Assembly (NCBI RefSeq): GCF_018350175.1
Contig: NC_058369.1
Location: forward strand, 124,001-188,000
DNA length: 64,000 nt
Reading direction: 5' to 3'
Source: Felis catus
Taxonomy: Eukaryota
This document shows, in pieces, positions 23,741 through 35,890 of the stretch (position 1 is the first letter of the stretch; every line of letters begins with the position of its first letter). A model generated the notes under the pieces. The model saw nothing but the letters and a program-made list of their open reading frames with translations. It was not told where the DNA came from and ran no database searches. The translations under genes and the position numbers were made by a program.

Positions 23741-23957
23741 CTAACTACAAGGTCCTATGTGCCTTTCAAAAGATTCACTCCAAAACCTCTGGATAGTCTA
23801 GCAGCTTTTGGACATTTCAAAAGACATTCTAAACCGTGAAGTCCTTTGTAAAGTTTCAGGGAACCCAGTAAATGTGGAGGCCCCTAGCAGATTCTACTAA
23901 GCTTCTCCCCCAAACCCGCCAAGAGGTGTTCAGAGCTCCCGACACTTCCTTCTCTAG

Positions 23958-24067
23958 GTCCCCCAACAACATCCGCAGCCCTGTGGCCGGGCAGCTTGGT
24001 GCTGGGGCTGCTCTTCCTGGCATTCCTCACCCATCGCCTGTGGAGACGCTGCAGGTCTGCTGGCTGA
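23958..24067 (+). CDS. MADCAM1: MADCAM1 exon 5 (transmembrane helix, short tail, stop)
   Basis: CPPTTSAALWPGSLVLGLLFLAFLTHRLWRRCRSAG*; the spliced CDS totals 1143 nt = 380 aa. Confidence 0.9.
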
Positions 24068-24302
24068 CCACCAAACCCCAGCAGACCCTCTGGGCCCCTG
24101 CCCCACGCAGACTGGATTGAGGAGGACTGGCCTGAAATGGCCTTCCTTGCCTTCCACTCAGTTGCAAACAGAGGACATCTGCAGGGTTCTGGATCTACAC
24201 GGTTGAGAGCCGACCATGACCTGCTAACTCTGATGGCCAGCATCTGAGTTTCCCCTCAGTGGGACCCCTGGGGCCCCACCTCCCAATGGGCCAGAGCTAG
24301 GG

Positions 24303-24308
24303 AATAAA
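24303..24308 (+). terminator. MADCAM1: MADCAM1 polyadenylation signal
   Basis: AATAAA about 235 nt after the stop, followed by GT-rich sequence (gtgtggtctg). Confidence 0.7.
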
Positions 24309-25039
24309 GGGCGTGTGGTCTGACCTCAGTGGTGTCTGTGGTGTTTCAAGGATGCCAGAATCTCCTACCCAGCCCCAGCGACCCTCTGCACTGGGGGGGC
24401 TCCCCTGAGAGGTGGGGATGGACAGGCACCCCGCCCCCACTTGGCCAGGGCTGGGGGAAAGGGCGCAACAGGGAGCGTGGCGTGGATTCTGCCCGGGTGG
24501 GAGAACACAACTGTTTGTGGCTTCTCCTGGATGTGGGACACTGAAACTTGAGAATAACTGGGATTCCTCAAAACAAGTGGGGACAGGCATGGGGGGGGCG
24601 GACGGGGGGGATGGGGAGGAGTGTGAGCAAAGACACAGAAGTGACTCGTTAAAGGAAATTTTATCTCTCTTGGGGTGGCTTGGGGGCTAAGTCAGTCGGG
24701 TGGGGTTGGGGAGAGCTGGAAATCAGACGAGCAGGTGAAAGGCTGTAGATGCTGAGGATTCCGCCTGCGGGCACTGGGGAGCTACCGGAGAGTTCAGAGC
24801 TTCAGAGGCTTTGGTGTGAGAGAGCCCTCTGGTGGTGAAACAAGATAACAGCATGGGACGGGGAAATGGGGCCTTGGTTGGTCCATTCAGGGAGCTGTGG
24901 GAGCTCAGAGCAGATCCCCCAATTCATCCTGGTGGGTGGTTGGCGGGGGAGAGGAGACCTCGCCCCACCGGGTGAGCCTGAAACTCAGACGGAGATTGGA
25001 CTAGGCTGAAGGCCAGGCTGAGCACAGACTCAGCGGAAA

Positions 25040-25480
25040 ATCAGAAAACAGGGCAGGGGCGGCGTTCCGTCCTGGAGTTGGAACAATCGCCCGCACGCTC
25101 CGCCCGGCATCGCTGATAACCAAGGAAACCGGTTGCTAGGGGACCATGCTAATGAAGGACTCGCCCACTACCAAGATGGCAAACAATCCGGCTTCAGGCC
25201 AGAAACCATGTCCTTTCCTAGAGAGCCATTTTGGAGTCTGGTAAAACTCAGGTTCCGGACCGAAGCCTGGAAAGCTGTCCAACCCACGTGAAGAGGAACC
25301 CGGAGGGAAAGTGCCAATTAAAACCCAAGGGGGCGGGAAGTGGACTGCTCCAGTTATTTGCCAGAGTCTTCCAGCGGGATCCGGGCGGGCTCTGCCCTTA
25401 ACCAAGATGGCCGTCCCGAGGCGCCAGCGCACTGTGGAATACGGCGGCGCTTCCGGTCCCGCTGCCCTCAGCGAAGATGG
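25040..25480 (+). promoter_or_regulatory. TPGS1: TPGS1 CpG-island promoter
   Basis: CpG-rich; three AAGATGGC (YY1-like) motifs near 25173, 25404 and 25474 (the last overlaps the ATG), ETS-like CTTCCGG near 25450, X-box-like GTTGCTAGGGGAC near 25132. Confidence 0.7.
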
Positions 25481-25814
25481 CGGCAGTGGAGAAGCGGCGG
25501 CCGGCCGTGGCTCCGGCGGCCAGTTTCCCCGACAGCGGCCGGCCGGCGGTGTCCCGGGCAGCGGCAGCGACCGAGAGTGAGGAGGACTTCCTGCGGCAGG
25601 TCGGCGTGACGGAGATNNNNNNNNNNNNNNNNNNNNNNNNNNNNNNNNNNNNNNNNNNNNNNNNNNNNNNNNNNNNNNNNNNNNNNNNNNNNNNNNNNNN
25701 NNNNNNNNNNNNNNNNNNNNNNNNNNNNNNNNNNNNNNNNNNNNNNNNNNNNNNNNNNNNNNNNCGCCTGGGCCGCGCGCTGTGGCACCTTCGCCTGGCT
25801 CACCACTCCCAGAG
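25477..25814 (+). CDS. TPGS1: TPGS1 exon 1 (148 nt hidden in the N-gap)
   Basis: [13 protein letters not shown]...[14 protein letters not shown][gap][17 protein letters not shown], donor AG|GTGCGG; frame preserved across the gap. Confidence 0.93.
25617..25764. other. Assembly gap inside TPGS1 exon 1
   Basis: Run of 148 N. Confidence 1.
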
Positions 25815-27419
25815 GTGCGGGGCGGGGCCGGGGCGGCGCCGCTGCGGACCTGCAGCCCCAGCTCGCTGCCCGCGGGCGTGCTGGGCACTGTGGTGCGCAA
25901 GCCTCCCGGCGGGGGGGTGGGGGTGGGAGTGGGGGGGCTGGCGCCTGTAGTTCTGGCCGTCTTCGTGTGTTGTGATGCCTTTCTGCAGGTGCTGAGTTCC
26001 CCCTTGAAGCCCACGCCGCTTTTAAAAATCACAAAGCTCAGAGAGGACTTCACCCAAATTCACGGAGCGAGACCTCCGAGCCAGGTCCTAACAAGCTAGG
26101 TTTTTTCCTAGATGTGTTGTTACTAGCGTCGTTGCATCCCCATCCGTTAGGCCAGAAAATGGATATTTACAGGGCTGGGCGGCGGAGTCACCCAAGACCC
26201 CTACCCTAGGAGGTAGCTCCCATGGGGCAGGAGTGGTGTCCAGAAAGAGGCCTGCTTTAGGCACAGGGAGAGGTGCTGCAGGCACGAAGCCGGCGGGTGC
26301 ACTGGCCCGGAGGCTGTAGAGCTGCAGTGTGGGACCCACAGGCTGCTTAGCCTTCTGGTGGCTGAGGCCGGGTGGGGTGGAGGACATGGCCACCGCACCG
26401 GAGCACGGCCCCGCCCCCAACCGTTCTGAGCCCAAGGAAGGTGGTTGAGGACCATGGATTGAATGAATGGTCCACATCAGGGGGGTTGAGGAGAAGCTTT
26501 CTGACATGCACCGTCCACCAGACCAGGTCATGACTGGGTGTGGATGGCTAGGTCTTGGTTGAGACCCCTGGAGAGAGGCCCTAGAAGCAGAGCCTGAGGC
26601 AAGCATCTGTGTGTGGGTAATTTTATAAGGGAGTGCTTCCAGAAGAACCAAGGAAGGGAGCGGAAGCCAAGCAAGGGAGTGTTCCAGCCTGATCACCAGG
26701 GGGTCCCCGCACGTTTCAAGCACGTGCCCGCCTTTGGGCGGCCTCCCAAGAGAGTCATGGGTACAGGCCATAGGACAGCACAGAGAAGCTGGGGAGAGGT
26801 CTCAGGTGTGGGAAGGGGTGTGGAGGGTGGGCATCTGAGAAGAGCATGCGTGTGTCTGAAGGTCTGCAGGGGCTGGGGTGGGAAGGGAGTCCCAGGTAGC
26901 CCCTGGGGCCATCCACTGAGATGGGAGGTCATTGGTTTGGGGAAAGCGTGCAGTGTTGCTCCAGGACTCTAAGTCAGGCTCTGGGAGAAGCTTGCCGCTG
27001 GAGAGTAGACAGACAGGTAGGTCTGCAACTGGGACAGGAGGTCGTCAGCTGGGAGGGGTGTGAAGGCTTCAGGAGAACCAAGAAGAGCTCAGGACCCAAC
27101 CCTGAGGAGCCCCAGCCTCAGAGAGCCCGCAAAAAAAGCATGATCAGGCCAACCAGACATGAAGGCGGGAACCAGCAGAGAATGGCATCCTGGGGCATCT
27201 TGCAGGGAGGAAAGGGGCCACCATGTACGGTGGTGCAGGTCAAGCACTGCGTGAAGCACTCACCTACAGGCAGCCACAAATGAGGATATTTATATAAATG
27301 GCTTTTTGCAGAGCTTTTTCCTAATTCACACGGAGGCACTTTGTGGACCGGGGGCAGTCCTGTGTCCGTCCGGTGGCCCGTAGTCGAGGGCTGCAAAGCG
27401 TCTGTTGGATTTAAGGCCA

Positions 27420-27915
27420 GGAGGGCCCTATTCCTTTCCCGTGGCGGCTGTGGCAAATTACCACAAACTTGGTGGCTTAAGACAACAGGTATCTGGGGCA
27501 CCTGGCTGGCTCAGTAGGTAGAGCACACGACTCTTGATCTCAGAGTTGTAAGTTCGAGCCCCACGTTGGGTGTAAGAGATTACTTAAAAATAAAATCTTA
27601 AAAAAAGAGAAATACACACAGAAACTTATCTCTCACAGTTCTGGAGGCTGAGAGTCTGAGATCAAGGTGTCAGTGTCCCGGGGCCGTGCTCCCTCTGGGG
27701 CTCCAGGGGAGAGGGTCCTTCCTGCCTCCCCAGCTCGGGGGTCTCCAGGCGGCCCTCCTCCCTCCAGGGTAAGCCTCCCTCCTTCTGTGTCTCCCTGTCC
27801 TCGTTTCTCATCTGAGGACATTTGATGTAGGGCCACCTCATCTCATCTCCACATCCTGAACTAGTTCCCTCAGCAAAGACTGTATTTCCAAATAAGGCCA
27901 GTCACAGGTTCTGGA
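27420..27915 (-). mobile_element. MaLR LTR (MLT1-like), SINE-interrupted
   Basis: ggctgtggcaaattaccacaaacttggtggcttaagacaacag...ctcacagttctggaggctg...gactgtatttccaaataaggccagtcacagg, typical MLT1 motifs. Confidence 0.75.
27504..27605 (+). mobile_element. Short CanSINE inserted in an MLT1 LTR
   Basis: ggggcacctggctggctcagtaggtagagc...agattacttaaaaataaaatc. Confidence 0.85.
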
Positions 27916-29149
27916 TGGACGTGCAGTTTGGGGGGGACTCTGTTTACTGCAGTGCGGGGGCATGGGAGCCATTGGCTGGAGGCAGTTTGGAATGGCAGGG
28001 CCACCGAGGGTGCAGTGAACGAGGGCATGTCTGCCGCTGGCATCGGGGCTCACCTGGGCCCCCCAGAGATGGAGCCAGTGGCTAACTCAGAAGACAGTGC
28101 AGTCAGGAGCCCTGAACCTTGCCTGACGGGCCAAAGGCAGAAGCCAGGCCAGGCAAGTCCCCGGGCGGAAACCAGGGGCGCCCGCTGAAGCCGTGCAGCT
28201 TCGCCCTGATGCGGAGGGGCTGACTGGGCCAGGTTGGGGCTGTCATCCGCATGAAAGGTTTGGGGAGAAGTCATCCAAACTCCCCTTGTCCTACGTCTTC
28301 AAAATCAGAAGCGCTGGCCCCCCGGGATTGGTGACGGTGGCAGTGGTGTGCAGCCGGCCACCCCCCTGCCAGCCCCAAGTCCCCAAGAGCACAAAACAAG
28401 CTTTATGAGACCTGCTGAGGGCCGTGTGGCCACTGAGGGGCAGAGCCGGAGCCCGAGCTGGGTGTTGTGGCGCCCGGGGGCCTCTGAGCCACTGTACCGC
28501 CACAGAAAGAGCACCACCTCGCGCCCCCATGACCCGGGAAAACGCTCAGAAGGCACCACCAAGCTCGGTTCCTTACCTCACTCTGAGTGGGGCCATCCCA
28601 GGCCCTGCGGGGGGCCGAGTAGCACCTCTGGCCTCCACCCACCCGGTGGTAACAACCAGAAGTGTCCCCGGATCTCACCCCCATTGAGAACCTCTGGCCT
28701 AAAGCGAAACGTTTCCACGTCTCATTCTGGAGATACATGCACGTACACGTATCTTTAAAACAAACGCTCGCGCTCTTTAGCGTGACGTGGCCAGAGCCAG
28801 GTGGCCCCGCATGCGGTGTGGGTGAGGGGCTGACTTGAGGCCAGTGCCCTGGAGGCCGGGCGTCTCCTTCCTCAGCACCCTGCCTGGGACTGTGATCACC
28901 TCTTTGCGCGTCTCCCTGCCCCGCGAGGCGGACGGCATCCGGACAGCCCACTGGACCGCGGCCCTGGACGCGGCTCAGAGCGCAGGAGGCCCTCCCACGT
29001 GTGGGGCGCTGTTTTAAGTCCTTGGCATGAATTCCATCCCTCTATCCTGCAACACAGGCATTAGGACCCTCATGGTCCAGACCCGCGGGGTGGGGGGCTC
29101 AGGAGCTCGGTGAACAGGGGACCCAACCGGCTCCTGGGGTTTCTCGCGC

Positions 29150-29745
29150 CAGGCTGTCTCCATCTCTAGGGAGGAGCGAATTCGCTCAAGAGAATCGGTG
29201 GCTGGAAAAGATGAGTCTTGGGCCACGTCGGTGTCGGTCGAGACAAGCCGTGTCACGCGGCAGGGACAAACAGCCCTGACACGAAGGACTGCTTCTCACA
29301 CCACGAGGCCGTGGCCGCGAGGGGCTGTGCTCACGGACTCTTGCTTGGTTTCCCCAAGTACGGCAGCGGGGAGCGGACCGTGGGGACACCACAGTCACTC
29401 CCAAAGCTGGCTCGAGAGAGGACTGCGCGTGGCTCCGCTCACCTGTTGGTGGTGGAGCCACATCCTGTGGCTCCTCTCACTTGAGGGGCGTGGCGGGCCT
29501 TCAGAGCGCCCGCATGTCAGATGGGGTGGCTGCCACGTGGGGAGGGCGCACGGTGGCTCTGGAGGCGCCACGGGCCTGGGCGCCAGGGTGCCGGCGTGTG
29601 AGCCTTCAGGGGACCCTGACGGCAGCCTCGCGAGAGACCCTGAGCCACTGCCGAGTCCCCGACCCGCAGAAACAGGCCATGAACGCTTGCTGCCATTTCA
29701 GGCCGCTGGGCTCAGGGCAATTTGTTACGCAGCGACACGTAGCTG
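29150..29745 (+). mobile_element. Probable MLT1-like LTR, GC-shifted
   Basis: 3' end ...gccgctgggctcagggcaatttgttacgcagcgac resembles the MLT1 terminus (gtaatttgttacgcagcaatag). Confidence 0.5.
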
Positions 29746-29842
29746 CTGGGGCGCCAGTGACGGCCGAGTCTGTTCACAGCGGACCTCCCCCACGTTCTTT
29801 CCTCCTCCCGGTGGAAGGAGTTAATGTTTCGGGCTCCTGCAG

Positions 29843-30038
29843 GGGCCCCTGTGTGGCTCGGTCGGGTAAGTGGCCAACTCTTGATTTCGGCTCATTTCAG
29901 CTCAGGTCGTGATCTCACGTTTCGTGAGTTGGAGGCCCACGTCGGGTTCTGCGCTCACATCGCGGAGGCTGCTTCCAATTCTGTGTCCCTCTTTCTGCGC
30001 CTCCCCTACTTTCGTGCTTCCTCTCTCTCTCTCTCTCT

Positions 30039-30090
<52 letters not shown>

Positions 30091-30110
30091 AATAAGCAAA
30101 TGTTTAAAAA
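29843..30110 (+). mobile_element. CanSINE with a long (CT)n tract
   Basis: SINE body, (ct)n about 30020-30086, A-rich tail. Confidence 0.88.
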
Positions 30111-31684
30111 CAAAACCCAAGTCCTGCACAGGGCTGGTTTGAGGCATCGGCTCACGTGGGTGGCAGTCGTGGTAAAGGAGTGAGCACTAACGCCACCCCA
30201 GCGCTCCCCGGGGCAGTCTCACCGACCGCTGTCTCCAGCAATGGCGAGGGGCCAATGAGTGAGAAGAGAAAGGGGTTTGTAGCCCGACCGACGGAGAAGC
30301 GAGTCCCAGCTGGCAGAGAGACCCCCAAGGCTACACTTCTGCAGCCTCTGGGCCTCGGTTTCCTCCTCTGTCGTGGGGCTCCGATCCACAGAGCTCGCTG
30401 GGTCAGCACATCCGCCCACAAGCCCCACACCGGGCAGCAGTGATGACCGCAGTGGCGGTCACGTATTGACCAGCATGTACTGAGCACCGGCCGTGCGCCG
30501 GCCCAGCCTCCACTAAGCACCCGCTGCTTACGGGCCAGCATTTGCTGGGGTCCATTGCTCGCTGGCCCATAGAAAGGTGAGACGACATGCCCAGGTCACA
30601 CGGGAGGTGAGTGGAGCCTCCGCGTACCTTCCCTCGCCTGGAGCGGAGCGGACAGAGGAGGAGTGTAAGCCTCACAGTCGCCCGGCCCCCTCCTCTCTGG
30701 GATCCTTGGCCTGACCGTGAGCCTGCACCGAGCCTCAATACCTATTGGTCACGGTGGAAATGCTAACGGGCCACCAGCCACGGTAGCGCTGGGCCACCGG
30801 CCAGGCCCTAGGCCGCCAGTCCAGTGAGGGAGTGAGACACGGGGCGAACCAGCCACCCAGGCTCACCCTGCAACCCGCACGTAGCCGCCGTGCTCCCCCA
30901 TCAGCTCGTGAAGCCCCCCGCATGGCCAGGCCGTGCAGTGGAACCTGAGCCATGCCCACCTTGTGCCGACAGCTCACAGCAGGGTCAGCCCCCTCCTGTG
31001 CCGGCGCTTTTGTGCCCCAGTCGCTGTTGTAGCCATTCAGCTCTGCCTTTGCAGCGACCACAAGCAACATGTCAATGGATGCACGAGGCCCTGTGCCAAT
31101 AAAGCTTTATTTACAAAATAGACGGCGGGGGGGGGGGGGGGAGGGCGGGGCTGGGGCAGACTTGACCCCCTGGTGTAGTTTGCCCACTTTTGGCCCATGG
31201 GACTGTGACAGAATGAAATAAGCTAATCCGTGTTAAACGCTGGGCTCAGCTTTTGGCCAAGAGTGACTACCCCGTAAGCGTAAATGTGATTGTCGGGCGG
31301 TCCCTGTGGGGCAGTGCCCGTTGGTTGACTTAGCAGACATTTCTAGAGCACCTGCCATACGCCAAGCAGTGCTCTAGGCACTAGGGTTCCTGGGCCGACA
31401 TTCCGAAAGGACATCTTACACTAAGTCGGATGGTGGTAACTGCCATGGAGAAAAATAGAGAAGGCAGGGGAGGTCCCCACAGGAAAGGTGACATCTCAGT
31501 AAAAACTCAGGAGCTGGAGGGCCTGTGGGGGAAGGGCACTCCAGGCAAAGCACATAGTCTGTGCAAAGGCCCTGGGGCTCCCCCAGGCCTGGTTTGTTGG
31601 AGGAAGATAGGTGGGGACAGGGGAGGGGTCCCAGGGCTGTGCTGGACTCTGCTCAGCTGGCCCAACACGCCTATCCTCCCGCAG

Positions 31685-32222
31685 GACGGCCTTCAACAAC
31701 AACGTCGGCGTGGCCTACGAGTGCCTGAGTGCCAGTGGGCGCAAGAAGAAGCCGGGGCTGGACGGGCGCACCTACAGCGAGCTGCTCAAGCGCATCTGCC
31801 GGGACGGGGAAGCCCCCGAGGAGGTCGTCGCGCCGCTGCTGCACAAGATCCAGTGCCGGGACCATGAGGCCGTGCCGCTGGACGTCTTCCGCGCCGGGAT
31901 GCTCACCTGCTTCGTGCTACTGGAGTTCGTGGCGCGGGCCGGCGCCCTCTACCAGCTGCTGGAGGACCCCACGCTGGCTGTGGCCGACCGCCGCGTGGGC
32001 CAGGCCGTGCTGGACACCCTGGAGGGGGCCCTGCAGGCCAGCGACGGGGCTGCTGTGCCTGCCTGCTTCCTGGAGGCTGGCTCGCGCCTGGGCCCCGACA
32101 GCCTGGCGCTGGCCATGGACCGCGCCCTGGTGGCTCGGCGGCCCAGCTCCCCCATGACCCGGGAGGAGTTCCTGGAGAAGGCTGCCGCCCTCTTCATAGC
32201 CAAGGTCAAGCCGGTGGGCTGA
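31685..32222 (+). CDS. TPGS1: TPGS1 exon 2 (tubulin polyglutamylase complex subunit 1 C-terminal part)
   Basis: cccgcag|[35 protein letters not shown]...[17 protein letters not shown]. Confidence 0.96.
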
Positions 32223-32480
32223 GCGCCACACGCCTTCCCTGCCTCCTCCCCCTGGGCGGCTGGAGGACCACAAGGTAGTAGCCCCCTGCTCCCTGGTGGA
32301 GTGCAGGTCTCAGGCCGGAACTGGAGTGTCCCTGCATGCAGCGGGCAGTGCGGGGAGCCCTCCCCACGCCCGCCTTCCAAGCTGGAATCGTGCCCCAGCC
32401 CCTTCGGAGGGGAGGCCGAGGGCCTCAGGGAGCGGGCACCCCGTCCCCCCACCCCCACAAAGGCCCCTCTCCTCGGCAGT

Positions 32481-32486
32481 AATAAA
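32481..32486 (+). terminator. TPGS1: TPGS1 polyadenylation signal
   Basis: AATAAA about 260 nt after the stop. Confidence 0.7.
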
Positions 32487-33249
32487 GTCTGTGCTCGAGG
32501 CCGACCCGGTGTGTGTGCCCCCCTCCCTCCCCTCCATGTCCGCTGAAATGCTTCTCCGCTCCTGCCTCCGCTGCTCAGGAGGCGCCCTGGACTCACAACC
32601 CTGAGACCCGGGAGGCCCTGCTGTCCACAAGTGCCCCACCCAGCCAGTTCCTGGCCACGGGTTCCCCAGCTGTCGAAGGAAGAGTCCGGCTGGGCAGGTA
32701 ATCGTGACGGTGATGATGGAAACGGCGGACACGTGGGAGCCCTGCAAGGTCTTATGTGCCTCCAAGGAAGGCAAATCACTACCCCGATTTTGGCAGATGG
32801 GGAAGTCGAGGCCCAGAGGAGTGAAGGGTCACCCTACCGGCAAGGGGCGTACTCCAGAACCCACACCCTCCACCACCTCTGCCACCTGCCGTCGGTCCAC
32901 CCAGAACCCACACACACCTGCGAAGTCCGTCCTGTCACTGTTCACCAAGCACCCGCTGGGCACCCTTCTCCCCTCCAAGGGGATTGTTGCTCGCAAGAGG
33001 AACCCCTCTGGGAGCAGGAGGAAGGAGTCACATTCCCAGCCCAGAATGGTGGCCGGCCGGTGACCTCACTCTCGTGGCCTCAGCCTCCAACTCTGGTAAA
33101 TGGGACCCAGGACTCGGCCCCTTTTCTGATTGAAGAAGACCCCGTGGGAACAGAGCTTAAACCATTTTTCAGGCTACCGATGGCAAGGACCACCTTGTCT
33201 CCCCATCCCTCCCCCCTGCACAGGCCAGGTGATCAGCGAACTGTGAGTT

Positions 33250-33600
33250 GTGGCCACTGACTATGTGTTTTGCAAAACTGACCACAGCAACATTTCTGTT
33301 CCCACACGCTTCCAGAACGTCCCCACCCCTCCCTCGAAAGACAGATCGAGAGGTGAAATCCGCATTCCCTTTCACTGAGTTCGGGTGGCTTTTGTAACAC
33401 TACAGGATCTCCACGGCTAGGTCACAAAAGGTGGCAGGTCCCATGCCCCCCGCCCCGGGCTCACCGGTTCACTCAGCAGCCCCGAGTGGGGGACAGCAGG
33501 CGACTGGCAGCACCGACTGCGCAGATTCACGAGCGAGACAGATCACCGTGTTTGCCATGAAGCTTTAGGGTCATTTATCATGCAGCAATGGGCAACTGGA
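33250..33600 (+). mobile_element. MLT1-like LTR fragment
   Basis: gactatgtgttttgcaaaactgaccacagcaacatttctgttccc... ends gggtcatttatcatgcagcaatgggcaactg. Confidence 0.5.
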
Positions 33601-34929
33601 AGGTTAAGGAAAAGCAAGCCGCTGAATAAGTGTTGGCTGGAACGCTTCTACTCTGTCTTGCGCCCACACACAGGGATTGCTCCAGAAATTTGCAACCCAG
33701 CCGCCACGGGGCCGGGCAGCAGCAGGGACAAATCGTGGGTGAGGCCCCTGCCCACACTCGGCTCGTAGACAGGTGGGCCATCTGCATCAGGTGCATACCT
33801 GTCCCGGAGCCCGGGCAGGTGGGGGCCTCAACGGTCAGCTCTGCGGTCACTCCTTCATGACCTCAGAAGCTGAGGTGGGCACTGTGTACTGGGTCACCCC
33901 TCCCTGCTGCCCCGGCTCACCGCTGCCCCTCTGCAGGGGAGCCACGCTGCCCAGGAAGCTCCACTCCTTCTGGGGCAGGCATTGCTAGTGAGTGATGGCC
34001 AGAGGGTATAAAAGCCAGCCCCTTTGCCTCAGGTGGAGCTAATTTGGGGGCAGCTCATGTTCCAGAGCCCCCCAGAATAGAGGGAGGCTAAGTCCAGCCA
34101 GGACAATTGCCCTGCCCCATCCAGCCTCGCCCGCTGCCTCCCTGGGTCACCATCATGCGTGGTCTTAGGTCCGGAAGTCCCCATTCGTTACGACCCCGGC
34201 TTGATCTCTGCCAGCCACCAGAGTCCAGGGAAGCTGACACAACGTTCGCACCTGGCCTCAACCTCATAGCAGTGTGGACCATGGGACACTACAAACCTCC
34301 CCCTTCTGGAAACACCCCCTTGCCCACTCTCTAAATGCTCCTGCCCCGCCCCGTAGCGGCCTCCTCCTCTTATCTCAGCTTTGGGGGTCGGGGGACGTGG
34401 CCCCCCCAGCTCTGTCCAGGGCCTCTCCTCACACATCCTCCTCACTTAGAATCTCACCGGCCTGAGGCATCTATTGCCGCCCGGACGCCAGGGTTCTCAA
34501 AGTCATGGCTTGGACCCCTTGCCTTGCTCTGCTCCAGCCTTCGAGAACCAACCACGTACCTAGGACTTCTGGAGACATCCCAAGGACACCCTAGGCCTGC
34601 TGTATCTGGGACTGAGCCTCTAGCTGACCTCCCAAACCTGGGGCTCCCCTGGAGTTTGTGGCCTCTGTGGAAGCCACCTGTCCACCCGGGTCTGGGGGCG
34701 TGGCTGGATGCCTCCTCCCCCTCAGCTGGCCCTTTTCTGGAACAGCAGGTGACTCCTGGATGGCCAATGAGATGCAGCCCTGGGATTGTTTTTGACACAG
34801 TTGAGCTGGGAGGACCTGGCCTGAGTTCTGGAGCCATTACACCACCACAAGTCCTGTGAGCAAAGTCAGCACTCAAGAAAGCTGACCCAGGAGACTCCCC
34901 AGCTCCTGGTCTTGCCTCTGCCCCCTCAC

Positions 34930-35330
34930 TCTGTCTCAGGCACACCAGTCTCTAGCTAGAGCAACTTGTCCCCACCTCGGGGCCTTTGTATGTGCTAGCC
35001 CGTCTCTGTAACACTGTTACTCCAGACCCACATCGCTCACTTCCTCCCTTCATTCTGGTCTCTGCTCAGATGCCACCTCCTGAGGGACACCTCCCCTGAC
35101 CACTCTCCAAACCAACCCTCCAACCACTCCTGTTGCTAATGCCTCACCATACTGTATTTTTCTTCTTGGCCATTATTGCTACCAAAAATCGCTATTTATT
35201 TACCGATTTGTTTATGGCCTCTCTCCCTACCTCTCCACAGGTGGGTGGCTTTGCTAGTCCTGTTCTCTGTAGCCCCAGGGCCTAGATCTGTGCATGGAAG
35301 TCATGAATCAATCAATTTTCCAGCGGAAGA
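34930..35330 (+). mobile_element. L2 fragment
   Basis: tctgctcagatgccacctcctgagggacacctcccctgaccactct...gtagccccagggcctagatctgtgcatggaagtcatgaatcaatc. Confidence 0.55.
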
Positions 35331-35364
35331 ATCTGAAGCTTACAGAGCTAAGTGTATTCAATTC

Positions 35365-35890
35365 CCACGACTGTTGTTACAAATCACCGTGAATTCAGTG
35401 GCTTAAAGTTACACACACTGGTTCTCTGACAGCCCTGGGCTCACAGGTCCTAACTCCCAGGTGTAGGCAGGGCTGGCTCCCCCAGGGGCCCCCGGGGGCC
35501 CCATCTCCTCGGTTTTCCGGCTTCCAGAGGTGCCGTCCTTGGCCCATGGCCCCTCCTCATCCTCAGAGCCAGAAGCACGGGGTCTGCCCATCTGTCTGAC
35601 TTTGGTCCTTTGGGAATGGGGTAGATTACACAGGGCCCAACCACCGTGATTACCCAAAATGATCTCCCATCTCAAGATTCTTCTTCTTTTTAATGTAAGC
35701 TTTATGCCCAACGGACTCCAACTCATGACCCTGAGATCAAGTTGCATGCTCCAGCCAGGTGCTCTCTTCCCATCTCAAGATTCTTAATCTCATCTGCAAA
35801 GTCCCTTTTGTCCTGTGAGGTGGTATAGTCACAGGCTCTGGGATTAATTAGGATGTGGACGGCTATGGGAGGTGAGGGGGGCATTATTCT
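35365..35890 (-). mobile_element. MLT1-like LTR, SINE-interrupted
   Basis: ctgttgttacaaatcacc...gtggcttaaag...gattacacagggcccaacc...ctcatctgcaaagtcccttttg...tcacaggctctgggatta. Confidence 0.7.
35683..35767 (-). mobile_element. Short degenerate CanSINE with an 18-bp TSD inside an MLT1
   Basis: TCCCATCTCAAGATTCTT at 35665-35682 and 35768-35785. Confidence 0.8.

Noticed and set aside
25617-25764. Frame-preserving gap in TPGS1 exon 1 as a biological feature
   Set aside because: It is an assembly dropout in a very GC-rich exon; the 338-nt exon length equals the expected size, so no lesion can be inferred
29198-29824. 208-aa ORF in the TPGS1 intron
   Set aside because: Overlaps a GC-shifted MLT1-like LTR; no splice or codon support
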